From Bacteriovoracaceae bacterium (lineage in GTDB: Bacteria; Bdellovibrionota; UBA2428): a DNA stretch of 45,590 nt. The DNA lies in contig CANIGN010000001.1 in assembly GCA_947467125.1 (NCBI GenBank), positions 1-45,590 of the forward strand. Direction: 5' to 3'. The notes beneath the pieces were generated by a model. It had not been told where the DNA came from. It was given only the letters and a program-made list of their open reading frames with translations, and made no database searches. Position 1 is the stretch's first letter. Each line of letters begins with the position of its first letter. Shown here one piece after another: positions 24,565 through 33,235 of this stretch. The translations under genes were made by a program, and so were the position numbers.

Positions 24565-27471
24565 ATGTTGTTGTGTTTTATACTGCTTGCTTTTACACCC
24601 TTTTTTAATCTACAGGCGCAAACAACGACTCAAGAAACATTAAGTCTCAGCTACCAAGACTCTGAAACAACTAACACTCAAAAACAAGCCCGCTTTACAA
24701 TCAGCCTTAAATCAGAAAAAAACCTTCCACTTTCCCTTAAAGGAAAAACAGTCGTTTTATTCAAATCATCTTCATGCTCGGGAGATCAAATAGAAAAACA
24801 AGAAAACACTCCAACCGATACCCTTAATTTTCATATTGCAAAAAGATATTTTGAAGCAAATAAGCTCTATTATTTAAGCGCCGGAATCACGACCAAAGAC
24901 AATGTGACACAATTAAATAAAACAACAACATGCAGTAAGTCTTTAGTTTTTACAACAAACTCTTATTCTTCTCTTGTAGACCCCAAACCCTCCGCTGAAA
25001 ACACCCCCCCCATTGACTCATCCCTGAAAATTGAACTGATCGAAGCAGAAACCCCTGGAGTACCCTCAATACGATTACGAAACATGATCAACACTCAAGA
25101 AAGAATTCACGTGTTCACTACTCCTGATTGTACAGGTTCTGAATTGACAAAAAAAACCGTCGCCATCAACAACCTCAAATCATCAAAAGACGTTCACCTA
25201 TCTGCCAATGATTATTCTGAAATTAAAACATACACCCTCTCTGCAAAGACGGATAACTCGTCATGCTCAAATTCCATCCAATATAAAAAAGTTCCTGTTG
25301 TGGCTCCTAATGTTACATTCTTGATGAACGGATCAAACACTGGGAACACAAGTCAAATAAAATTTGATCTTCTGAACCTTCAAAAAAAAGACGTGATTAC
25401 GATTTATCAAAACGATACTACCTGCACAAAAGATTCGATCAAACAAGTTAGTGCCGAAGACAATAGCTTGTTTGTGACTGCAAGCCTTCTTTCAGGTGAT
25501 CAATCGCCGAATGCCACTTACAGTTTTTATGCACAAGCAAAAAGAGGAGATAGCTCTGGACAATGCGTTGGCCCCCTTAACTATACATTCAACAAAACCC
25601 CCCCAACTATTGCGACTCTTACACTTGAAGGAAATGCCAAGAGCTTTAACAGGACACCTCAATTCATAATTACTAATCTTGAAGTTGGAAACAGTGCTTA
25701 TCTTATTTTGGGATCAAACTGTGTAGGAAATTCTATGGCAGACATTAAAAAAGTGGATAGCTCAACAACTCCTTTATCGATTGGAATTAAAGAGCGAGAT
25801 TTTTTAAATGTCGACAAGCTCTATATGTTCTCTGCAAAAGTCATTGACTCCATGGGGAATTCTTCATGTAGTACAAGTGTAGAGTATACTCTTATTACTC
25901 AAATACCAGACCCTACGATTCAACTTTTAGTCAATGATCAAACAACAGCTAAAACCTTGGCAAATCCAAGCTTTAGAATTGGAAATATCTCCCCTGGAGA
26001 CAAAGTAGAAATTTACAAAGACAAAATCTGTAGCAAAATAGCTTCTGAAGAAAAAACCATTAGCAAAAATCAAACAACAATTGACATACAAATCACATCC
26101 CTAAATCAGGCAGAAAAAAACACTTATTACGCCAAAGTTTTTAGCAACGCTGTTCAAAACACTAAATGTAGCTCAAACGGAGTGCCTTATGAATACAAAC
26201 CCCCTGCACCTGTCATTGCAAGTGATCCTATTTATGTAAGCAGCACAAGCACAAATGGCGGCACTCCTCCTCTACCAGACACTAAAATCGATGATGAAAA
26301 CAAAAGAATATTACAAATGGGATTAAATTTAGAATCTCAAGTCGTCACAAATTTCTATGTAACGGAGTTGGGGTATAACGCAAAAGAAATTGAGGCAAGA
26401 ACAGCTGCGATCAGAGACACACTCGACAGTGCCGAGTACAAAAAAGATCCAAAACCATGGCTCAATACAGATACAGACCAACTCGTGCCTTATGTTAAGA
26501 AAAACGATAACACTTATATAAGCATCGGGGGACACACAGTTAATAGAATCTTATACAATCTACAAACTCAAAATCCTCAAAGTTATCAAAGTTTAACAAC
26601 TTATTCACGAATTGTTCGTGATTATACTGAATTAAAACTCACAGACCAAGAAATAGAAAACGACATGATTAAAAGTGGTTTTGTTTGGTTACATGATCTT
26701 ACTCAAGAGCAAGTAATTATACGGAACCAAAAAAGCTATACGAACTCTAACTCTCCAAGCACAACAACTGCAAATATAGCAAAAGCTTATGAAATTGTTT
26801 CAACCGTTAATTTTTGCGACACGTCAGTTAAAGATTTAATCTTGGATACTTCAGACCCTAGCATGGGAACCTTTTACTGCGTTGATCCGTTCAACCCTTC
26901 AAAACTATACACAAATACATTTAGCGATATCATCAGCAAGAAAACGAAAGACATGAAACCAGACCCTTATTTAAGCATTGTTTATTATCTTAAAAATGGA
27001 AGGAACCCTTACGATTCCACCAAAAAAGATATTAGCATGGCTCCTTTTAATAGACTTGGAATTTTAAGTTTTCCACCTGATCGTGAAGAACTAGAAAATA
27101 AAGTTATAGAGTATCTAGATAATTTAACGAGCAAGCCAGAATATCTTTTTCAAGACAGCAAGTGGGCACTCTATTTAAAGTACAGGCTTCAAAGAGACTT
27201 CACAATGAATTACACAAAGATCAATCTCGCCCTTGATTCTTTCAGTAAAAACCCTACTTACAATAGCGAATTTGGGAAAAACATTTGTCGCGCTTATTTA
27301 ATCACCCAAGACTTGGAAACATACAAAATTGCCAAAAATAATCCAAACTGGCTTCCTGGTTACAAATGGAATTCAATCAATGATTTACCAGACCAGCCGC
27401 CAACATGGTGCTTAACCTACAACAACAGTATTAACTCTAATAAATCTATAATAAGTACCGTTAACCAATAA
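24565..27471 (+). CDS. secreted protein, paralog A: 5 Cys-paired Ig-like repeats plus a degenerate ParB/Srx-like (ParBc_2-type) C-terminal domain
   Basis: An in-frame TAA at 24553 fixes the ATG at 24565. The signal peptide is MLLCFILLAFTPFFNLQA|Q. The ~100-aa repeats each carry 2 Cys (e.g. PSFRIGNISPGDKVEIYKDKIC...YYAKV....KCSS..VPYEY). The C-terminal ~390 aa aligns with paralog B (LVPYV, RIVRDY, SGFVWLHD, KPDPY, KWALYLKYRL, NICRAY, NPNWLPG, WC). Confidence 0.75.
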   Translation: MLLCFILLAFTPFFNLQAQTTTQETLSLSYQDSETTNTQKQARFTISLKSEKNLPLSLKGKTVVLFKSSSCSGDQIEKQENTPTDTLNFHIAKRYFEANKLYYLSAGITTKDNVTQLNKTTTCSKSLVFTTNSYSSLVDPKPSAENTPPIDSSLKIELIEAETPGVPSIRLRNMINTQERIHVFTTPDCTGSELTKKTVAINNLKSSKDVHLSANDYSEIKTYTLSAKTDNSSCSNSIQYKKVPVVAPNVTFLMNGSNTGNTSQIKFDLLNLQKKDVITIYQNDTTCTKDSIKQVSAEDNSLFVTASLLSGDQSPNATYSFYAQAKRGDSSGQCVGPLNYTFNKTPPTIATLTLEGNAKSFNRTPQFIITNLEVGNSAYLILGSNCVGNSMADIKKVDSSTTPLSIGIKERDFLNVDKLYMFSAKVIDSMGNSSCSTSVEYTLITQIPDPTIQLLVNDQTTAKTLANPSFRIGNISPGDKVEIYKDKICSKIASEEKTISKNQTTIDIQITSLNQAEKNTYYAKVFSNAVQNTKCSSNGVPYEYKPPAPVIASDPIYVSSTSTNGGTPPLPDTKIDDENKRILQMGLNLESQVVTNFYVTELGYNAKEIEARTAAIRDTLDSAEYKKDPKPWLNTDTDQLVPYVKKNDNTYISIGGHTVNRILYNLQTQNPQSYQSLTTYSRIVRDYTELKLTDQEIENDMIKSGFVWLHDLTQEQVIIRNQKSYTNSNSPSTTTANIAKAYEIVSTVNFCDTSVKDLILDTSDPSMGTFYCVDPFNPSKLYTNTFSDIISKKTKDMKPDPYLSIVYYLKNGRNPYDSTKKDISMAPFNRLGILSFPPDREELENKVIEYLDNLTSKPEYLFQDSKWALYLKYRLQRDFTMNYTKINLALDSFSKNPTYNSEFGKNICRAYLITQDLETYKIAKNNPNWLPGYKWNSINDLPDQPPTWCLTYNNSINSNKSIISTVNQ

Positions 27472-27533
27472 TAAAAAATTTTCTTAACTAAAAATTAATC
27501 AATTAAAATTTAAAACCTCTTAAAATAAGAAGA

Positions 27534-30479
27534 GTGAAGCGCATTAAGAAAATTAAGTGTTTGATTTTAATTTTTTTTGGAATTACGTGCACCTCAACAC
27601 TGAAAGCCCAGATAACCTTAAACCAGATAACCTTAAAATACCCTGATTCTGAAGCATCAAAAACAAAGGAACAAAAGAAGCCCCAATTCAATATTTCTGG
27701 ATTCAAAATAGGCGACTCTGTCGCTTTAATTAAGGGAGCAAACTGTATAGGTGATGAAATAGAACAAAAAACCGCAACAAGCGAAATAGTTGAGTTTAAT
27801 ATTAAATATACAGATTTAAACAAAATATTCAATCAAGACAATTACACCTATTACTTGAGTTCCAAAAGAAACGGATCTGATTGCAGCAACAATTTAAACT
27901 TCAAGATTACAAACAGAGAGGCGCTTACCGAGACAAACATTCTACCACGCTCAATTAAAATTGAGGAATTCATAGAAGCAAATGCACCCAATACACCTTC
28001 ATTTAAAGTCACGCAGCTACAAGATGGAGATGAAATAAATCTTTACAAAAGCGAACGAAGCGATCCTTGTAAAGGAAGCATTGTAGACACCTCAACTGCA
28101 GAAAAAGGTATAGCTATCTTCATTCGCCCAAACCTTCAACCAGGCGGAGACATTTACATCTCTGCAGGCTTAATAAACGCAAACCCACCCGCTTGCACAA
28201 ACGCTATTTTTAAAAAAATTCCAGTTATAGACCCACCCTTCAACTCGAAACCTCTTATGGAATTTTACCCAGGGGAAAACTCAAAACGACCTTCCTTTAA
28301 AGTGATACGCCTAACAGGACAAAACGAGGTTTCCCTTTACAAGAGCCCCGACAAAAACAAAGCCTGCCAGGGAATGCCTATCGCTACAAAGACTACAAAC
28401 GAAAATTATATTATATTCAATGAGCCCACAGAAATTCCTGCAGGTAAAAAATATTATTTTTCTGCAAAAATTAAAAATTCAGAACCTGGATCTAGCAACT
28501 GCTTATCAAGCATTATTGACTTTACTCGCACCGGACCAAATGTAACCCTTTACATAAACCACGGTGTACCCAAAGATAATGTTACATCACCAGAATTTTA
28601 CATCTTAGGGGTTGAGCAAGGTTACTCAGCTGAAATCTTTAAAGATGCTGCCTGCACAGGAACACCTCTTAAGAAGATTTCCGCAACCGATAACAAAATT
28701 TTAATTAACTTGCCTATTAGTGGCCAAAAAACCCACAAATATTACGCTCGTGGCATTGACGATGATGGCACCCCAGGAAAATGCACAAATGGAGTTGAGT
28801 ATACTTTAGACACGACGACCTCTGACTTAAAACTTAGATTGAGCGACGGAGAAAAATCTAGAGGATCAGAACCACATCCTAAATTTAAAGTAAGCGGAAC
28901 GTTTACCAAAGGTGATATATTAGAACTTTTTAAAAGTTCAAAATGCACAGGAACAAAAGTCATCCACACTCTTAGAATTGAAAAACCCTCTAATTCTGAA
29001 ATAACTTCTCCCTCAGAACGAGAGCCACTTGTTGGAGATTCAACATTTACCTTTTCCGTTAAATCAACAGACAAATCTGGCAATAAATCTTGTAGTAATG
29101 ATATTCAATATACTCTTGATACAGCAAAACCCTATCCTCAAATAAAACTCAAAGGGAATCAAAAAACAGACAGTAACGCTAGTCCTAGCTTTATCGTCAC
29201 AAACATTTCACCCGGAGATAAAGTAACAGTCTACAGTGATTCGACTTGCAAACGTAAAGCTTCAAAAGAAATAATTGTTCCTGCACAAAAGTCAAGCATT
29301 GAAATCAAGATTGATCCTCTTCAGAAAGAAGACAGTTACTCTTTTTGGGTTAACGCTATAGATTCAGATGGCACAATCGGCACATGCAGCAGAGATGGAG
29401 CAACGTATACCTTCAATAAACCGAACAGTAGAGGAACAGGTGGAGGAGGAACAGGTGGAGGAGGAACAGGTGGAGGAGGATCAACCAGCGGAAAAGTCGA
29501 TTTAATCAAAACACTAATTCAAAAAGAAAACGATCGCGTAGAAAAGATTGGCATTGATGAGCTTTATGTTAAAGACTTACACCCAACGCAAATCACTTAC
29601 GGCAATGTCGAGAATCAAATCAGAAGAGCAACCGCTGTAAAAAAAATTTACTGTGATAAAAATGTCGATGACTGGAAAAATGAACACCTTATCCCCTATG
29701 TCATAAGTCCCGAAGGCATAAAATATTTCTTTGATGGTCACCATACCAACAAAATCCTTAGCGACATCTACGGACAAGCGGCAACAACAAAGGTAAGACT
29801 GATTCGAGACTATCGTAAGTTAGGTTTTAACGACGAAGAATTCAAAAAAGACATGACTAAGCACGGTTGGGTTTGGCTTCACGATACCCGCATAGAAAAA
29901 CCTGTAGAAAATACGTTTAATCCCAACATATTATTTAATGTCCTTTTTGATAAAATCAAAGTGATCAGTAATGTCACCAATCTAAAGCCAGACCCTTTTA
30001 GAGATATCGCCTACCTTTTACAATATGGCATAAACCCAAAAGATGCTTTTACTAAATTCGATCATGGTTATAAAATCAAAAAAGATCTAGAATCTTCAGC
30101 ATACAATCCCCCAAGTCTTCCCTTTTATAGTGACAAGGAATACATAAAAAAAATTATTAATTCAGCCCAAGGCTTATTTAACGGACATAAATGGGGTCTT
30201 TACATAAGGTACAGACTAAAAAAAGATTATGGTGTCACATTTGCACAGTTAGCAGCAAGCGCTTCAGGCAACAACTTTAATAACTTTAGCGGCTGTCGAA
30301 ATTTTAAAGAAAATGAAAAGGTTGATGTTGACGATTTTTTTATGCTCAACCTGTGCAGAGCTCACAGAATCGCAAGAGACTCTAAAACGAGATCTATTTA
30401 CGACCACAATCCAGCTTGGTTGCCAGGGCTTCTGCAAAACACCCACGTTCCTGATTGGTGCGATGACTATCAAAATTAA
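27534..30479 (+). CDS. secreted protein, paralog B: 6 Cys-paired Ig-like repeats, (GTGGG)3 linker, ParB/Srx-like (ParBc_2-type) C-terminal domain with intact motifs
   Basis: After a GTG start, the signal peptide is MKRIKKIKCLILIFFGITCTSTLKA|Q. The repeats follow P.F.V....GD.V.(L/V)Y.....C......Y.F......D..G....CS....Y.(L/F)(D/N). The C-domain has DLHPTQITYG (29577-29591), LIPYV..PEGIKYFFDGHHTNKIL (DGHH at 29733-29744), RLIRDY, HGWVWLHD, KPDPFRDIAY and KWGLYIRYRL. Confidence 0.75.
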   Translation: MKRIKKIKCLILIFFGITCTSTLKAQITLNQITLKYPDSEASKTKEQKKPQFNISGFKIGDSVALIKGANCIGDEIEQKTATSEIVEFNIKYTDLNKIFNQDNYTYYLSSKRNGSDCSNNLNFKITNREALTETNILPRSIKIEEFIEANAPNTPSFKVTQLQDGDEINLYKSERSDPCKGSIVDTSTAEKGIAIFIRPNLQPGGDIYISAGLINANPPACTNAIFKKIPVIDPPFNSKPLMEFYPGENSKRPSFKVIRLTGQNEVSLYKSPDKNKACQGMPIATKTTNENYIIFNEPTEIPAGKKYYFSAKIKNSEPGSSNCLSSIIDFTRTGPNVTLYINHGVPKDNVTSPEFYILGVEQGYSAEIFKDAACTGTPLKKISATDNKILINLPISGQKTHKYYARGIDDDGTPGKCTNGVEYTLDTTTSDLKLRLSDGEKSRGSEPHPKFKVSGTFTKGDILELFKSSKCTGTKVIHTLRIEKPSNSEITSPSEREPLVGDSTFTFSVKSTDKSGNKSCSNDIQYTLDTAKPYPQIKLKGNQKTDSNASPSFIVTNISPGDKVTVYSDSTCKRKASKEIIVPAQKSSIEIKIDPLQKEDSYSFWVNAIDSDGTIGTCSRDGATYTFNKPNSRGTGGGGTGGGGTGGGGSTSGKVDLIKTLIQKENDRVEKIGIDELYVKDLHPTQITYGNVENQIRRATAVKKIYCDKNVDDWKNEHLIPYVISPEGIKYFFDGHHTNKILSDIYGQAATTKVRLIRDYRKLGFNDEEFKKDMTKHGWVWLHDTRIEKPVENTFNPNILFNVLFDKIKVISNVTNLKPDPFRDIAYLLQYGINPKDAFTKFDHGYKIKKDLESSAYNPPSLPFYSDKEYIKKIINSAQGLFNGHKWGLYIRYRLKKDYGVTFAQLAASASGNNFNNFSGCRNFKENEKVDVDDFFMLNLCRAHRIARDSKTRSIYDHNPAWLPGLLQNTHVPDWCDDYQN
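27608..27637 (+). repeat. perfect 15-nt x2 tandem duplication (ccagataaccttaaa) encoding QITLN/QITLK
   Basis: The two units at 27608-27622 and 27623-27637 are identical. They lie just after the predicted signal-peptide cleavage site of paralog B. Confidence 0.9.
29433..29477 (+). repeat. perfect 15-nt x3 tandem repeat (ggaacaggtggagga) encoding the (GTGGG)3 linker
   Basis: Three identical units lie at 29433-29447, 29448-29462 and 29463-29477, followed by gga. The repeat sits exactly between the last Ig-like repeat and the C-terminal domain of paralog B. Confidence 0.95.
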
Positions 30480-30493
30480 AATCCGAACTACTT

Positions 30494-30961
30494 TTAACTC
30501 TTTAAGTCTCGCTCCATCACCCACGCGCCCTCACCCGTTTTGTAATAGCTGGGCCGAAAGCCTGTTTTGGTAAAGGCAAATTTTTTATAAATAGAATCAG
30601 CGGCCTTGTTCCATTCGCCACACTCTAAAATAATTTTTGAAGCTTTTTTTCCGCATTGGTTTAAGAATTCTTTGAAAAGCAGATTGCCCTTACCAAATCC
30701 TTTTTCACGCACACTCCAATGTGTGACTTCCATTTCAGAATCAATGAAACGGTAAAAAACAAAACCTAAGATGTTTTTATCTTCTAAAAAAACAAAAATT
30801 CGATCCTCACTTGAAAGAATATGACTTAAGTAATTTTCCTCAGTCCAATAAGGATTTCTTTTAAGAGAATATTTTTCAAGATCGTAAAAGACTTTTGCAA
30901 GCTCCGTGTTTTCAAAGTTTTTAGAAAACTCTTTCAAACTTATATCCAAGTACGTACTCAT
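30494..30961 (-). CDS. GNAT family N-acetyltransferase (RimI-like)
   Basis: A 155-aa protein has a GNAT motif-A-like block VREKGFGKGNLLFKEFL and a C-terminal YKKFAFTKTG. The start overlaps the pyrD stop (ATGA). Confidence 0.75.
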   Translation of the reverse strand: MSTYLDISLKEFSKNFENTELAKVFYDLEKYSLKRNPYWTEENYLSHILSSEDRIFVFLEDKNILGFVFYRFIDSEMEVTHWSVREKGFGKGNLLFKEFLNQCGKKASKIILECGEWNKAADSIYKKFAFTKTGFRPSYYKTGEGAWVMERDLKS

Positions 30962-31941
30962 AACTCATTCCAAGCCTGAGCAAGTTGTAAAGGAAATCGC
31001 GGTCCGCCAAAAATCCAACCCGTATAAATTTGTATCAAATTTGCTCCAAGTTTCTTTCTTTTCACTGCTTCAGCAGCGTCCATAATTCCTCCTACAGAGA
31101 TAAGAGGCAAAGAGGTTCGAGATCGAGCAAAAGCTAAAAGAGAACAAGAAAGCTCTGATAAAGGCGCCCCACTCCATCCTCCGTTACGTCCCTCACGATT
31201 TCCGCCTAATGTATTGGTCAACACAAAACCATCAATCCCCAATTCAGAGGCTCGAGAAAAGAACTCACTCAAAACATTTTCTTCTAATTCAGGAGCCAAT
31301 TTCAAAAAAATCCGCTGAGAGGAAGAAACTTTCTTCATAGAAGAAAATATTTTCTCAATAGAATTTAACTGCTGAAGAGAGCGAAGGCCCGGAGTATTCG
31401 GAGAACTCACATTCACGACAAAATAATCTCCAAAGGATTTTAAAATATCAAAGCTCTCCGCATATTCTTCTGCAGCTTTTTCATGAGGCGTGTCTTTATT
31501 CAATCCAATATTAATTCCGACCGAAAAATTTTTGGAAATTTGATAACCAGAGAACCTTCGAGCCACCGCTTCTGCGCCCTCATTATTAAATCCCATAAAA
31601 TTAAAAAGCCTTTGGTCACCTCGAAAAAGCCGAGGCTTTGGATTTCCACCTTGAGGCCTCAAAGTCACACTTCCAATTTCTGCTGAAGAAAAACCCAAAT
31701 GAATCAAATAAGGCAAAATTTTTGCATTTTTATCAAAGCCTGCAGCCAAGCCCACAGGACTTTTTAAAGTTTTACCCAAAAAAGAAACATCTTGTGAAAG
31801 TTCAGAGATTTTCGCCTGACCGCTTATCCACTCTAAAACCTGTGGACGAAAAGCACCCAGGCTTTCAATACTCTTAAGAGAAAAATCATGAACTTTTTCA
31901 GCATCAAAAGAAAAGATGAGAGGCTTTAGAAAGTTCCACAT
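30958..31941 (-). CDS. pyrD: dihydroorotate dehydrogenase (quinone), class 2
   Basis: The N-terminus reads MWNFLKPLIFSFDAEKVHDFSLK. Other family blocks are GLAAGFDKN, GSVTLRPQGGNPKPRLFR, NFMGFNNEG, NVSSPNTPGLR and GGI...A. Confidence 0.9.
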   Translation of the reverse strand: MWNFLKPLIFSFDAEKVHDFSLKSIESLGAFRPQVLEWISGQAKISELSQDVSFLGKTLKSPVGLAAGFDKNAKILPYLIHLGFSSAEIGSVTLRPQGGNPKPRLFRGDQRLFNFMGFNNEGAEAVARRFSGYQISKNFSVGINIGLNKDTPHEKAAEEYAESFDILKSFGDYFVVNVSSPNTPGLRSLQQLNSIEKIFSSMKKVSSSQRIFLKLAPELEENVLSEFFSRASELGIDGFVLTNTLGGNREGRNGGWSGAPLSELSCSLLAFARSRTSLPLISVGGIMDAAEAVKRKKLGANLIQIYTGWIFGGPRFPLQLAQAWNEL

Positions 31942-31984
31942 GTCTTAAGTCAAAAAGCTTAGCGTTAATCAAAGAAGGCAACAA

Positions 31985-32605
31985 CTATCCGTTAAGCTTT
32001 GCGCAAATCATGCAACTTTTGCCTTGGCATCCTCGAGCTGTACAATATTCGCGACCATAAAAAATAATTTGAAGATGCAATTTATTCCATGTGTTGTCTG
32101 GAAATAATTTTTTTAAATCACGTTCCGTTTGCACGACCGAACGCCCACTTGATAATTTCCATCTTTTTGCCAATCGATGAATATGTGTATCAACAGGAAA
32201 TGCGGGATACCCAAAGGCTTGTGCCATCACCACACTTGCTGTTTTGTGTCCCACACCTGGCAAAGACTCCAATTCCGCAAAGGTTTGCGGAACAACGCCC
32301 TTATAGTCTTCCACCAGAATTCGACTTAATCCCACAATTGCTTTTGATTTTTGAGGACCAAGTCCGCACGGCCGCACAATCGCTTCCACTGTCTTTGCGT
32401 CTTGGCGAGCCATATCCTGCGGATTATCCGCTAGCTTCCAAAGCTGAGGCGTTGTTTTGTTTACGCGAACGTCGGTACACTGGGCGGAGAGAAGAACAGA
32501 AACTAAAAGCGTATAAGGATCTTTATGATCAAGCGGAATGGGTGTTGTCGGATATAATTCGTTTAGTTTTTGAAGGACATAATCTGCGCGCTGTTGTTTT
32601 TTCAT
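31985..32605 (-). CDS. nth: endonuclease III
   Basis: Family motifs are LLVSVLLSAQCTDVRVN, HhH LPGVGHKTASVVM and DTHIHRLAKRW. The 4Fe-4S cluster motif reads CTARGCQGKSCMIC. Confidence 0.92.
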   Translation of the reverse strand: MKKQQRADYVLQKLNELYPTTPIPLDHKDPYTLLVSVLLSAQCTDVRVNKTTPQLWKLADNPQDMARQDAKTVEAIVRPCGLGPQKSKAIVGLSRILVEDYKGVVPQTFAELESLPGVGHKTASVVMAQAFGYPAFPVDTHIHRLAKRWKLSSGRSVVQTERDLKKLFPDNTWNKLHLQIIFYGREYCTARGCQGKSCMICAKLNG

Positions 32606-32614
32606 GAATTAAAT

Positions 32615-33223
32615 TCATTCGTTTGCGGTCAACACATCTCGAACAAAAGATCGCGCAAGCTTTGCAAAGTCCTCTAAGCCTTCACCCGTTTTGGAACTCA
32701 TCCATTTCCAATCCGTAAAACCCTCTCCCAAAAAGTTTGCCCAAGTTTTTTCGACTTCTTTTCTTTTGGAACGAATGATTTGATCTGCTTTTGTAAATAT
32801 AAAATGATGATTAAAAGTCATCATCCACTTCGAAACCAAGGAATCCATCTCATCGGGCTTACGTCGAGGGTCGAGCAACCAAAAAACTTTTGTCGTGGGC
32901 TGCTGAACTTTTTTAACAAGTTTTTTGCCCAAATCTTCCCACTCACGAATCTCGGCACTCGGACGTATTGCATACCCCCACCCGGGCAAATCGAGAATAA
33001 ACAAAGCCTTTTTACCCATGGCCACTTCTGCTCCCACCAAACCTCGAGTGACACCAGGCGTGCTTCCTGTTCTAAAAATTCGCTGTGGATGAATTAATGC
33101 ATTCAGCAAAGAACTCTTTCCCACATTGGAACGTCCCATGACGATAAAGGTTGGAAGTTCGGGAAGCTCCCATTCTTCATGTGCAAACTTAGTAAAAGTG
33201 AGCGCTGCTTTGCCTAAACCCAT
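32615..33223 (-). CDS. engB: ribosome biogenesis GTPase EngB (YsxC/YihA)
   Basis: The G1 motif is GRSNVGKSSLLNAL, G3 is DLPGWGYA and G4 is FTKADQ. The length is about 200 aa. Confidence 0.88.
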   Translation of the reverse strand: MGLGKAALTFTKFAHEEWELPELPTFIVMGRSNVGKSSLLNALIHPQRIFRTGSTPGVTRGLVGAEVAMGKKALFILDLPGWGYAIRPSAEIREWEDLGKKLVKKVQQPTTKVFWLLDPRRKPDEMDSLVSKWMMTFNHHFIFTKADQIIRSKRKEVEKTWANFLGEGFTDWKWMSSKTGEGLEDFAKLARSFVRDVLTANE

Positions 33224-33235
33224 GAATTCCTCACT

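Noticed and set aside
24565-30479. The paralog pair as a horizontally acquired island or polymorphic-toxin locus.
   Set aside because: I see no integrase, transposase, tRNA or flanking direct repeats, no small immunity-like ORF, and no obvious GC shift by eye (about 37-40% against ~40% in neighbours). I cannot quantify composition here, so HGT remains untested rather than supported.
32089-32607. A 172-aa plus-strand ORF covers almost the whole nth gene. Similar long antisense or out-of-frame ORFs occur at 10007-10432, 24047-24487, 14-457, 14996-15334 and 17514-17927.
   Set aside because: Each lies entirely inside a gene with strong family motifs on the other strand or frame. Their translations are low-complexity with no motifs, so they are shadow ORFs.
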